From Antedon mediterranea (Eukaryota > Animalia > Echinodermata): a stretch of DNA of 64,000 nt. This document shows, piece after piece, positions 37,640 to 50,218 of the stretch; the stretch's first letter is position 1, and each line of letters opens with the position of its first letter. Made by a program: the position numbers and the translations under genes. The notes beneath the pieces are model-generated. The model worked only from the letters and a program-made list of their open reading frames with translations. It was not told the origin of the DNA and did no database searches. The stretch covers positions 30,492,388 to 30,556,387 of the forward strand of contig NC_092670.1 of NCBI RefSeq assembly GCF_964355755.1. The letters are read 5' to 3'.

Positions 37640-39993
37640 ATCGAAAAATGACGTCATGGGGCATAAGTGAATGACACGCCATTGTCGACATTTGCGTTCG
37701 TATTAAAAAGTGAATTTTAAATGTACGAATATGGTATTAATTATCTGTATTACATTGTATTATTATGTATCACATATATAACAAGTCATTTTGATAAAAA
37801 ATAAGTCAAATAAATATGAAAAACAAAGGAAAATTGTGATTTTTGCATGTCATCTGAAGTGACCTTCCATACAATGTGATAGCGCCCTCTATAAGTATTG
37901 ATACACTCGCACTTCAAACTGCAAGCTTTTTGTTGTTATATTCATTCATTCAGAAATACAATTTAAGGAAGGAATCGAATCAAGGGCATTATTACTTGGT
38001 TTATTATATATTTATGATGTTTTCCCCAAAAATAATTACTAGTATGTACATTTTGCGAATTGTAGATGTACCGGCGGTATGAAATTAAAAAAAGCTGTTT
38101 ACGCGGTCTGTAGCCTAACGATATAATAATAATTATATGTATAAAATAATTGTTACTTTTTTCTGATAAATCAGTATGAATATGTTTACTTAGCGCTGCT
38201 TTAAGCACCCTATTAAAAAAGAAAAGAAACAAATTGATTTAAGCCTATTTTTTGTCACGTTTTCGGTAATTAATTGTCTTCTTCGCTCTCACTATCTGAT
38301 TCGTCACTGTTCTCATCATCCGAGTTAAAGGAGTCGTTCTCAGCAATCGCTCGTTCAATTCTGTTGGAAGAATCTCGCTTTCACACCACAAAGGCCCCAG
38401 CAAATCGTTATCGCCAACGCACCATCCGTTATTGTCTTGGGGTTTCGGCAACTCGTAAAATCGGTGTTAGTGCGAGCCTCCACAGATCCTGACTTGATAG
38501 TTCGATCATCGTGCGTTGTATATGTTGATGCAAGCATCTACGCGACGGTGGAAAGTTAGCTAATTTTTAAATCAATGTTTTTTTAACACTGATTATTCCG
38601 GTTTTTTTTTCTTGCATTTCCTGCGAAAAAAGTCAAATCTAAGTTTATCGGTAGGCCTACGCCTTGCTTTCGAACGGAATCCATATAATAACAGGCACGT
38701 GAACTATTCCAGTTCCAACATTAACTCTTCTCCTTTCCAACTTTCTCCTACTTTCTTGAAAACCTTCAAATTTTGGATATTTTTCGACAAGTTTAATGGC
38801 CTTTAATTTTCCTTTTCCCTTGAAAGCGCTGGTCGTGCTGCACTTTGTGAACGCATGCAGCCCTAGAATGGCATTACATCGACTTGGGGTGATTTCAGTG
38901 GTGGCTAAACTGGTGAGATTGGTTATTCGTCGATTCCTGCCACTGCCTGTATCGAATAGGACTTTTGCAATAATGGACGAAACAAAATGTAACAATATAA
39001 AAAAAAAACATCGCTGTCTTATATGGATCCCGATCGAAAGCAAGGAGTACCGATGAACTTAGATTTTACTTTCTTCGCAGGAAATGCAAGGAAAAAGACG
39101 GATAATCAGTGTTAAAAAACATTGATTTAGCTAACTTTCCACCGTCGCGTAGATGCTTGCATCAACATATACGACCCACGATCGAACTATCTTGGTCATG
39201 ATCTGGAAGCTCGCACTAACGCCGATTTAAGAGTTGCCGAAACCCCAAGACAATAACGGATGGTGCGTTGGCGATAACGATTTGCTGGGGCCTCTTCAAA
39301 CAGAATCGGATGATGAGAACAGTGACGAATCAGATAGTGAGAGCGAAGAAGACGATTAATTACCGAAAACGTGACAAAAAGTAAGCTTAAATCAATTTGT
39401 TTCTTTTTTTTAAATATGGTGCTTAAAGCAGCGCTAAGTAAACATTATTATTCATACTGATTTATCAGAAAAAAGTAACAATTATTTTATACATATAATT
39501 ATTATTATATCGTTAGGCTACAGACCGCATAAACAGCTTTTTTAAATTTCATACCGCCGGTACATCTACAATTCGCAAAATGTACATACTAGTAATTATT
39601 TTTGGGGAAAACATCATAAATATATAGTAAACCAAGTAATAATGCCCTTGATTCGATTCCTTCCTTAAATTGTATTTCTGAATGAATGAATTTATAACAA
39701 CAAAAAGCTTGCAGTTTGAAGTGCGAGTGTATCAATACTTATAGAGGGCGCTATCACATTGTATGGAAGGTCACTTCAGATGACATGCAAAAATCACAAT
39801 TTTCTTTTGTTTTTCATATTTATTTGACTTATTTTTTATCAAAATGACTTGTTATATATGCGATACATAATAATACAATGTAATACAGATAATTAATACC
39901 ATATTCGTACATTTAAAATTCACTTTTTAATACGAACGCAAATGTCGACAATGGCGTATCATTCACTTATGCCCCATGACGTCATTTTTCGAT
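37640..39993. repeat. Large inverted repeat (arms 37640-38653 and 39048-39993, spacer ~394 bp) made from the 3' end of an Academ-like transposon
   Basis: The arms are reverse complements, for example ATCGAAAAATGACGTCATGGGGC at 37640 versus GCCCCATGACGTCATTTTTCGAT ending at 39993. Confidence 0.92.
38245..39043 (-). pseudogene. C-terminal XPG-like nuclease region of an Academ(X)-like transposase, frameshifted
   Basis: VLFDTGSGRNRR...AILGLHAFTKCSTTSAFKGKGK (the family motif is HAxTGCDTTSxFxGKGK), then FPP...L.QH..R and P.P.DNNGW...P.W. Confidence 0.68.
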
Positions 39994-40712
39994 GAAAACA
40001 AACCACGACGAAAGGAAGCAAAAACTGCGTATAAAAACTTCATTTTCTCCACAAATCCCAACTTTTACGCGACGCAACATCAATAAATGATCTTTACATA
40101 ATGTTTAAAACCTACGGTGAGAATCTCGTTGACTACTAACGTTATGCAATGGTGAAGGTGATATTTTACTGGACTATTATTAGTGTCGTCACACAGATTG
40201 TAACGGTCGATTTTTGTACTCGCCTAAACATTACCACTAACATCAAGAATAGAGTGGAGCTTATATTGACTTCTACACAGTCGAGCAGCAAAGTGCTCAT
40301 TTAACCGTTAAAACGCTGTTTTTTAACTGCGCAGGTCACTGAGCATCGCCAAGTTATAGTGACTTCCGGTTCGCTTTTCACTTCGCGGCAAGCATTTTGC
40401 ATGGGAATACCCTTACAAATCTGCTGCAATTTCCACCATCCGGGTTAAATTATATCTTTCTATATTTGGAAATTGTTACTCCTAATATGGAAGATTATTC
40501 CCGCCACAAAATTTTGGTATAAATACCCCAGGAAATGACGACAGAGCTTATTGAAGAAAAAAGTGCAGATGGAGGTGTTCGTTGAGGTAGGCTACATGAT
40601 TTATTTGTTTGGTTTCGTAGGGAATCCGGCACTTTTCTCATCAGCACGGAACCTTTATAAAAACTTAGTGGTTGGTTATTAGGTTATTAATCTATCTTTT
40701 CTGAAAGTTTAA

Positions 40713-41338
40713 AGCCCCATTCCCTACGTTTTTTAGATCTAATTTAAGATCACAAACTATATTTAATGTAAAAATAATACTATATGGTCCTATTGCGATA
40801 ACTTTTTTCGTCTTTAAACGGTTAAAAATGTGAAAAATAAATCGATTTTAATAATTATTGCGGCCCGCTATAAATCCCAAAATGCATTGCGCGCGGATTG
40901 ATATTTTTGTTTTTCACCTGTAATTCGCCCACTTTTCGATCGATCGTGAAGCCAAAACAAATGGAAGACTCCTAACTTTTCAGCGAAAATACCGGGTGTT
41001 CCCCAATTTGTATCAACGGAGTCTGGCAAAAATAGAAAGACAATTAATGCAGCAACTATACAACGTCAGGCTAGGTATATAGCTAGCGTACGATGTTCGT
41101 ACGTTATCGATGTTTACCAGCTAGGCCTACAAAACTAAGCCTAGCTAGGCTAGGCCTAAGACCGTCCACGAGAGGTCGATCGCCGCGAGCTACTTAGGTA
41201 GTGCATTGTTTCTCACTTTTTATCATAATTTACCATAAAACGTACATTTAAGACAAGGAATGACATGGTTTAATGTTTTTAAAGTTATATATATGTATTA
41301 TTTTCCAAAAAACGTCCAAAATTGCAGGGAAGGGGTCT
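40713..41338 (-). mobile_element. Inverted copy of the 626-bp TTAA-flanked element at 12911-13536
   Basis: TTAA|AGCCCCATTCCCTACG...GCAGGGAAGGGGTCT|TTAA. Confidence 0.85.
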
Positions 41339-43605
41339 TTAAGCTTGGTTCAGCTTGCGGGACGGATTCAATATCCGTTCAAAGCTGGGGTGGGGATATA
41401 TTCTAAGCAGACTCCATCTTGGATTCGTATGTTTAGTACAGGCCGTGTGGTTGAGTAATTTCAATCCTTCAAAATCACTATGTGCAATCCGTTTTTAAAC
41501 CAGTTAATATACCAAAATATGTTATTAGTAGCTTTATTATTTTAGATTTGGTGCTAGTTTGGTAAATATTGCAATATAATTGTAGATTTGGTTGTAAAAA
41601 AATGTACCCAACTTGTATTATCTAGGCCTAGGCTAGGCCTAGCCTATTTGACGGAAACCCAGTGCTATTTGTAGAGGGATAGAGAGAGGGCCGCAGGCTA
41701 GTTTTTAGTGGCATATCGCCGACTTATTATAATCAATGTGAAGCCATATTATGTTTAAAATGTTGAATCTATATCCACTGAATTATGGATATATATCGTC
41801 GGATATTTAAAGAAAGTCCTAGGCCTTGACCTTTTTTTAAATTTATTTAATTAATTTAGGACTATATTACGGGAAATTCTTTGCCAAAGAAAAGAAAATA
41901 TGTTGTGTCTGTTGGAGGTTTGTAAATATATAATGACAATAATGTAGCCTAGGCTAGGAAGGACTGTAGGTAGGATTAGGTAATTTGGATGGTCGTACAT
42001 AGTATGATATTTATATATACAGTATAGTAGTGATCATGGCGACAAAATTTAGGATGACTAAAGTTGACATTAAAATTATTTAACTATGAATAGCTCATTA
42101 TTGGTGTTTTTTTTCTTTCAGGTTTCTAAGAATAAACTATCCGACTTGTGATTCATCTTGTGCTGCAAAAACAATCCTATTTTGATATTTGTAAATTGAT
42201 GTACGTAACAGATGTCTTTAAAAATAAAAAAAAAATAAACATTTTTATTATCGCGATGATTTAACTCAAATATTGACATATATAACTTGATATTTTAGCC
42301 TGAGCAAGATAGTTTGATAGGCATATTTTACTTCGATGTAAACAAGATATTACATGTTATACTGTATGTAAAATACTTTTGTGTAAATAAAATTATTTAA
42401 TGGTGGTTAATTTATTAACTTGTTAATTTGTTTGTTAGTTATGATGTTATACTATTAATTATTTAGTTAGTAACCAAAGTGGAGTGGATTCGTGGCAGTT
42501 GCAACTTGACTGTAATATGCATATATATAATAATATGTACTTCTTCTTGGATAACGTTAAAGGAAAATAAGCAATAATAAAAATTAAATATTTATTTGGC
42601 CGTAAAGAAAGCAAAAACTAAACATACAGTACTATATGTACAGTAATACCATGGACCTATAGGTCCATGGTAATACATACTGTAGTATTGAGCACCAGTA
42701 GCAGAGACGTCTGGACAATCGAATATAATCGTTATCAGCTGTCTGGGTACCCAAGGCTAGTGCTAGAAAATGGCGAAAATTCGTGTATTCATTCGCCGTC
42801 AGCGAAATGAATCCGGCACTTTTCTCATCAGAAGCAAATCAACAAATCCTTTTATCAGTTTGTTTTGATATATAATCTGGATAATATATATTAAAATGGC
42901 CTTGGTTCAAGCATGTTTAACAGGTAAAATCAGATTTTTTCCTACCTAGGCCCCTTAGCACTGCGGTACCCTACGCCGTGTGGGGGAACCGATCTCGGCA
43001 GTATTTCTAAAGTAGCCTATCTTTCGTAAACTCCTTAGTTGAATTTTATTAATATAAATTTAATTGTATGAATATGCTATTTAAATGTTATTGAAAATGT
43101 TTTTGCTGCATTTTGTAATTCCGCACTACTTGCTTTATCGCGATTCCAAGATGGCGGCAATTCAAATTTTGATTTGGTAATAATTCGCGAGGTCAACCAC
43201 TTTGCTGCCCGACTGTACAATGTTAGACGTATTATGACGATACAAAACAATAAGGCAAAAAGTATTGTGTTGGCCACGTTTTGCACGTTTTACCCAAAAT
43301 GGGTAGGTTGGTATAGGAAAAGCATTTTTTTCCAGACCAACAATTTTTGGCAATTTACCGGCAAAAAAATAAACAATGTACACAAGTGATGGAAAAGACC
43401 ATATTTAAAAACACGTATTATGTTTTCTTTTCATCGTACCCTATGCTCATGCTATAAATATTTTTTCTCTAGCCTAAAAGTTTAAAAAAAGTTTTAAAAA
43501 TAAAAAAAATGCTGACCTTCAATTTCTTCAGTTTAGGCCAACACAATAAATTGTTTTTTCTAATAACACATTTCTCTGGAGTTTAGGTAAGGTGAGCCAA
43601 GTCAT

Positions 43606-43908
43606 AATAATAATAGTTCATTCTTATATAGCGCTCTACAAGCAAGCTTCTTTAAGCGCTGAACATTATTACCCCAGTCATTTTTGGATCAAACACGTAT
43701 GGAAACATACTCCCATAATGCAGCTAGTAATCAGCGCAAAGTTGTGTCTTGATCTAACCGGGTACCCATTTATACACCTGGGTGGAGAGAGGCAAACGTA
43801 AGTAAAGTATTTTTCCTAAGGATTTAAGCAATGCGGCGAGAGTTGGATTCGAACCTCGGTCTCACGATCAGTAATCCAACGTCCAACACCCTGCGCCACA
43901 CGCCCTTA
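43606..43908 (-). mobile_element. Full-length tRNA-derived SINE with CORE-like body and L2-like tail
   Basis: A box TGGCGCAGGGTG; B box GGTTCGAATCC; body TGCCTCTCTCCACCCAGGTGTATAAATGGGTAC; tail AGCGCTATATAAG..(TAT)n; TSD CAAGTCAT (43598-43605 and 43909-43916). The empty site is visible near 15290. Confidence 0.85.
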
Positions 43909-46839
43909 CAAGTCATGTAATGTGGTCTACTTTGGAAATTCCATGTTTTCTTTCGCTTAATTATTTCATCGAAACACGAATTGAGATGTATGATAATAAA
44001 GACATAAAATACCCTGTGAGATACTATCAAATGTCATTGCAGGAATGTACACATACATTACATAGTAAACTATATGGGAGATTTTCGCGGGAAAAAAACT
44101 AAAACAAATATTATGTACCAAAAAACTCAATAATCAATCTTGACTCTAAACATTTACAGAACTTAAATTTAGCATTTACATATTTCGGTATATATTAGGG
44201 ATTATTAATAAGGAACTATTGTTCACTCATAAGGAAGTGAAAAGAAAAAAAAGTCACTCAACATCTTTTGGACTTTCCAAGTTCAATGACCATTAATAGT
44301 AGTTTGCAATGCCTCTTACGAATACAAATATAACACGTGTAAAGAACAAGGACTTCTGTTCAACAGGCTATCTTAAAAAATATATATAATGTAATTGATC
44401 ATTCTCATTTTGTTGAGGTTAATATTATGAAATAAATTGTTTTATTTGTATATCATACACATTCTATGATGATAATACAAAAAATAATCAAAAAAATAAA
44501 ATAGTTTAAAAAATAAAGGTTTCTATATGTTATATAGACTCTATTATATATGACTCTTTCAACCCCACTCCCTAAGCCTCAAATGAGACTTAGTTTATAA
44601 GCACGATAAATTATTAAATAGTTTATCCATCCTGTAATTGGCGAGTTACTCGCTGTTGGATGAGTATGAATAAAAAAAAAAAAAAAAAAAAATATATCTC
44701 TTTTTATTAACAAATCTTATACATTTGTACTTTTTTTATAAGTGATAAGTATAATTTTCAATTTTAGAAAAGTGTCGTGTATATTTCTGTCATCTGACAG
44801 AATTTAACACACAGTTACATATTGCTAACCAAGGATACAGTGCAATTTATGCAACAATTATCATTTAATACCGTAGTAAAATAATAATTAATTTCTTTTT
44901 GTATTTTTTGTGTGTAATTATCTCAATGTTCAACATGTGTTATTAATGTTTATCTCTTTTAAATGTTATGTTCTCTTTGCTAACTTGTAAAATAAAACAA
45001 ACCTATTTCAAAACCACACCCATTTATTCTGTTTATGTTTTTTCGGGTACTTTCCACAATTCATTGGAAAATTCCCCGATTGTGTTTGATTGGTCTAATC
45101 TTATTAAATAATGCATGTTGCTATGGTTACAATGATGTCAGACGTTTATTTTCTATAAAAAGTAGCGTATGTTTGTTGCGACTTACTCCGGTCTAAGATG
45201 CTGACGATCAACTTATTCTGGTGAGTTTAAGTATCGACTTTTAACTTTAAAAATTATATTAAAAATAGGATAGATTCGATCTTATCTTAAATATAAAATA
45301 CTGATTTAAGGAAACTACAGAAACAGATGGTCCACTAAATATTATACGGTAGATTAATTGGGCATGAATTGTCTTATGGACTTTTTAAAATATAATTACT
45401 CTCCGCTAATAATATTGTAATTGTGTGAAGGTATACATAACACGTTTTTATCATCTTGTGATGCCATATAAAGAGGTTATGTAGACCTAAAATATAATGA
45501 TTAAGATTTGCAACATTGTGGACATTTTAAAACCAATATTCGCTAATATTACCATTACGTGAATAGTGTTATCATTAGTAACAAATTCTTTCAACATATA
45601 AAATGATGGACTCTTCAAGGTGTAAGATGTATATGAAATAGTAAAATTTACTTTTTTTTTAAATTAGCCTGCGATAAATATTTCTATAGGTGTGCGTTAT
45701 CTTCATGTTATGTAAAACTTATTTATAAGGATAAATATGTGGCTATTTATCGACTATTTAGCTGCTTTATTGTGGATCATTAAAAACTAAATCTCTAAAA
45801 ACGCAGATTATTTACACTTTATTGGTCACAACTTCGCCAATACTTTTTCTCAGGAAAAGTAAAACTTGTTTAAAATTGAATCATCTTTACAGCCATATCA
45901 AATAATGGTACGTAGTTTATCTGGACGTTTGATTAAAACGCCGTCCTTTTTCCGGATCTATCGAATGTGTGAAGCCTTTAGATACTCCATCCACCCATCA
46001 TACTTCGTTTCGGAATTACAGAATAATATAGGTTAACTTTAGCTTTTAATATATTATAATTAATTGACACTAGCGATTTACAATTCAGAGTTTTTTATGA
46101 TTTTTGTTTTGTTTCTAGAGGTTCACGACGACCTCTGCTTTAAATTTTGGAACGTACCCTTTTATTGGGTGGTGCTTCTGTAGTCATGCATCTATGTAAA
46201 CGCAGATATTGGTAGTTTTACTTGTTATAAAATAAAAACGTTAATTGCATAAACAAACGTTTAAGCGATTCATGTCCATTGTCAAATACCCCATTTTATA
46301 ATGAACTATTCCTATAGCCACCACTGCCTGTAAAAGCCACCGGTGCACAATTTACACGCGAAGGGAGACACGACACCCATCAAGCATCAAATCGACCCGT
46401 AATTGTGTCGCGACGGACGATTTTAGTGTGAACATCAAGTCGAACTTATTAGTGTCGTTCGATTCTCAACTTCAACGCGGTGAATTCGGAACTAGCGAAG
46501 GCGCCGCGCATGAATTCGCTTTCTCTTGCAAATTCTCTTAAATTTAACCAATCCAATCACAAAGATCGTTGGGCTATGTTTGATGTCATCAGTCAGATGA
46601 AGATGAAAATAATCTGTTCAATATCGATGTTGTGTCCATATTTTGTGGCCATAATTCACGAGAATTCTTGTCTTTTTATGAAAAAAGGTGCACTTAAATA
46701 TAACAATCACTAAACCAAAGAAATTGCATTTTCAGTGGATGCGTTTATTAAAAATACAAGTGTATTGGGAATAATTTTGCAAATACCTAGGTCTACCTAG
46801 CTTCTTATTATGCCTCTAGGCCTACTAGTCTATAGCTAG

Positions 46840-47869
46840 CAGGGGCGGTCGCAGAACTATTTTAAGGGGATGCTCAAGAGTCCAGGGCCATAATAGGAAC
46901 CAGGTGTTTGAATTTTGTTAAATGACACTTCTAGGCGGCCGGAAATGGTACTCTCACGTACAATTCACGATAAATAACACCCGGCTAGTTTTCGCCGAAA
47001 TAAAACTCTATATCTATCAGGCTACAATTAGTAAACAGCAGTATTTATCTCGCCTATTTTTCCCTCCGGTAAAACACACGCGACGAAGGCACTTCCGGTA
47101 AGGTAATATTATTCTAACAATTATACGGTAATCAATTAATACAAATTAATTACTAGGCCTATTATCAATTAATAATTTTAAAAAGTTAGACAAAAATGTG
47201 AAGCTGCTGCTATAATTATATTGAGCAAAACGTTGAATTGTATTATTTTGAAATAAATGCTAAATAAGACAGTAAAACAACAATTTCCAAAAATCATTTT
47301 AATTTATCCACTATACTGTACTGTACAGTATTGCTTAATACACTTCAGAAAAGAACATATTATCGAAATTTTCAGAAAGAAGCAATTAGGCCTACACATA
47401 GTTATTTCAAAGTTCGGATCGTCCGTAATTACTATGGAAATTCGACCCAATATTACGGACGTAGGGAAATGAATTTAAATATTAGGGTACCGTACTACGA
47501 GAATACTTAAATGATTGAGAATCCCCGGCAAAATGCAATAATTACGGACAAATCAACGACCCATATGACGGGGTTTTCCACTGTATCTTCTCATGACGCA
47601 CACAGGCAATTTAAATAGTCAGAAATTCATTCTGAGCATGTTCCGAAACATATCTAAAAAAAAAAATACGCTGACCGCCGTTAAATTGTGCACCGTTAAG
47701 TTTACGCTGCAGTTAGTCAATTTACATATAGACTCTTCTATAACGTTAATGGTTAATATATAGAATGAAATGGGATCTAAATTTTAATTTAGTGGCAGAA
47801 AAAAACATTTATTATGAAATTAAGGGTGATGCCCGGGCAACTGAGGCAACACCCCTGCGTCCGCCCCTG
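46840..47869. mobile_element. Non-autonomous hAT-like DNA element
   Basis: TIR CAGGGGCGG(T/A)CGCAG / CTGCGTCCGCCCCTG, flanked on both sides by GCTAG. Confidence 0.65.
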
Positions 47870-48084
47870 GCTAGGCCTCTTTCTACGCGCCCAGATCGAA
47901 CCGGAACTGGTGTTGTCAGGCGAAAATGACGCGTGACGCTTCGCTTCCAATGGGAACATAATCGGATCGCGACACTTAGTTCGCGATGGTCTAACCTTTT
48001 GAAGCTTGACGCGACTCGCTTCGATTCGACTGACTATTCAGTGTGCACCGGCCTTAAATCAATATTGCCATTGTGCATGTATTG

Positions 48085-48352
48085 TCTATATTATAAGTGA
48101 GAGAGTTTGTCTGTTTGTTTGTTCGTTATACAAATTATCATAGTTATGTATACCCCTCTCATTTTAAAGCTAAAGTTGAATTGAATTTGTCGTGGAAAGA
48201 ATTTGATTTAAAAATAAGAGTGTGGGGTGTTATTGAAGAGGGGTGGGGGTTGGTGAGTATAGGGAGATACTGGAGTCGGGTGTTATTAGCCCTCTACTGA
48301 GAAGGCTTTAAACTAATTTTGAAACCCGCCATGGGGCGGGTATTATTGCTAG
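48085..48352 (+). mobile_element. Short non-autonomous Helitron
   Basis: 5' TCTATATTATAA...GTCTGTTTGTTTGT; 3' hairpin ACCCGCC-ATGG-GGCGGGT followed by CTAG|T. Confidence 0.6.
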
Positions 48353-48751
48353 TAAGCTATATAATGGTATCATAAAAACAGGTTATTTCAAATTATAAAA
48401 GATTCGAAATTTTGTCATTTTCGACTTTTATATTACATGCAGAGCTTTTTAAAAGTCAACAGAATTACGATAAAAAATACAACCTGTATTAAAATCAATC
48501 AATCAATAAGAATTATGAAAATCTGACATGTAGTTTTCGAAATTCAAAGTCTACAATAACTCCATGGTCTACAACAAATAAATAATTTTATATAATTTTC
48601 AGTTTGTTAATAACATTGATAACGCTCCATTGAGCAGTTGTTTTGCGCAATTTGAACGAAAGTACTCGATTCAAATTGCGTAGCAAATTTCAAACTGCGC
48701 AAATAATTTTTTATTATTTGATAAAAAGAAAGCTCGATAATCTTACTAATA

Positions 48752-49344
48752 CCCCTTTTACACCACCGAACATGAAACAAACCCGTGTCGCATCCGGATA
48801 AATATCCTTTTCACACCTGATTCATTATCCCCGGAATTACACGGGTTGCGTGTATTAATGTTCTAGATTAATCGACATATCGCTCTCTCTTGTGCATGAA
48901 GAGACACCACCCTAGTAACAGTCTGCTCATTATGCCTCCTATAATTTGGTTTTATGGCAATACAAACAAATTGAGTATACGCGTGAAGAATAATATTTCT
49001 TTAAATAAAAATGAATAACAAATAACCATACGTTTTATATATTAAATAATCGTATAAACAAAAAACAGTCTTATATTAATTTTTTAGTAAATTAAATACT
49101 ATTGTGAGCGAAGATAGCAACTAACCGGGAAAACAAACGCGGGACTGTTTACACCGCGAACACGCAAGTACACGGGTTCGTCCCGGGTTGATTTGACGCT
49201 GAATATATTCCGTATCACTTACCCGGGTGGTTCAGCGACCCGGGTAACTTTTTACGTCGTTTACACTGGCTTATTTCTGCGTCCCAGGTATGACACAATT
49301 ATTCCGGATCAACTTCGCATTTTCTGCCGGCGGTGTAAAAGGGG
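48752..49344. mobile_element. TA-flanked MITE
   Basis: TA|CCCCTTTTACACC...GGTGTAAAAGGGG|TA. Confidence 0.7.
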
Positions 49345-49450
49345 TACAGTATTAGGCCTACATTGATAATACTAAAAGTAATATTATATTCCCTACAATT
49401 TGTGACGTTTTGTAAATATAATGCATATATATATATATATATATATATAT

Positions 49451-50218
49451 AACAAGAGAGGCAGGATTGCGTCAGCGTAATGATATCATCATTAAACCCG
49501 CTGATAAAGGTTCTGCCACTGTTTCTATGGACATCACATTTTATGAAGAGGAGTCCTTAAGACAGCCAAACAATCCTCTTAATTATCGTAAATTAGAACG
49601 GATCTCACCCCGGAAATTGCGGATAAGATGGCCAAATTTGTTTCTGTAATTGTAAAAAAACACCCCATCGTTCCTAAGATTGGACCTCATTTGGCACAAG
49701 TTAATCCAGTTCCAGGCAGATTTTATTTTCTACCTAAAATCCACAAAGCAGGCAATCCTGGTAGACCCATTATTTCGGGCAATGACACTGCTACAGAGAA
49801 AATGTCTGAATTAATATATATTAATTAATTAATTATTATATATATATATATATATATATAAATCCAAAGGCAAATTACTGAAAAAATGACAATGCTGTGG
49901 GTATCAGTGGCTGGATCTCAATGGAGATACAAAAAAAAAGTGAAAAGCTAAATCAAAACGATAAAGTAAAACAGCCAGAAAAGTTCGTAGATCTTTCACT
50001 AGCCCTTCATCAGTGCAAGTGAAGGAATTTGGATAAAGTCATAGCATAAGAACTGGCAAATAGTGACGATACCTGACACGTTTCTCGTACAGGCGACGTA
50101 ATTTGGTTATCAAAAGTAGGCCTACCCTCCAGGATTACAGATCAAAATTGATACACACAGTAGAAAATATATATAAATCCAAAGGCAAATTACTGAAAAA
50201 ATGACAATGCTGTGGGTA
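49451..50218 (+). mobile_element. Penelope-like element fragments between (TA)n tracts
   Basis: DIIIKPADKG and PGRFYFLPKIHK.GNPGRPIISG PLE RT motifs; 49-bp direct repeat near 49855 and 50170. Confidence 0.8.

Noticed and set aside
35575-40000. Complete ProtoRAG (RAG1L plus RAG2L) transposon
   Set aside because: No RNase H/DDE core, no kelch or PHD RAG2-like ORF, and no paired TIR or TSD found. The adjacent transposase relic has XPG-like Academ motifs instead.
40380-43560. Possible small spliced gene (donor near 40587, acceptor near 42121)
   Set aside because: No sustained ORF or recognisable domain; interleaved with TE pieces, so it cannot be supported.
43830-43908. tRNA gene (A and B boxes present)
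   Set aside because: It is the head of a SINE with body, tail and TSD, and has no proper acceptor stem. The same applies to the tRNA-like pieces near 25440-25510 and 29930-30006.
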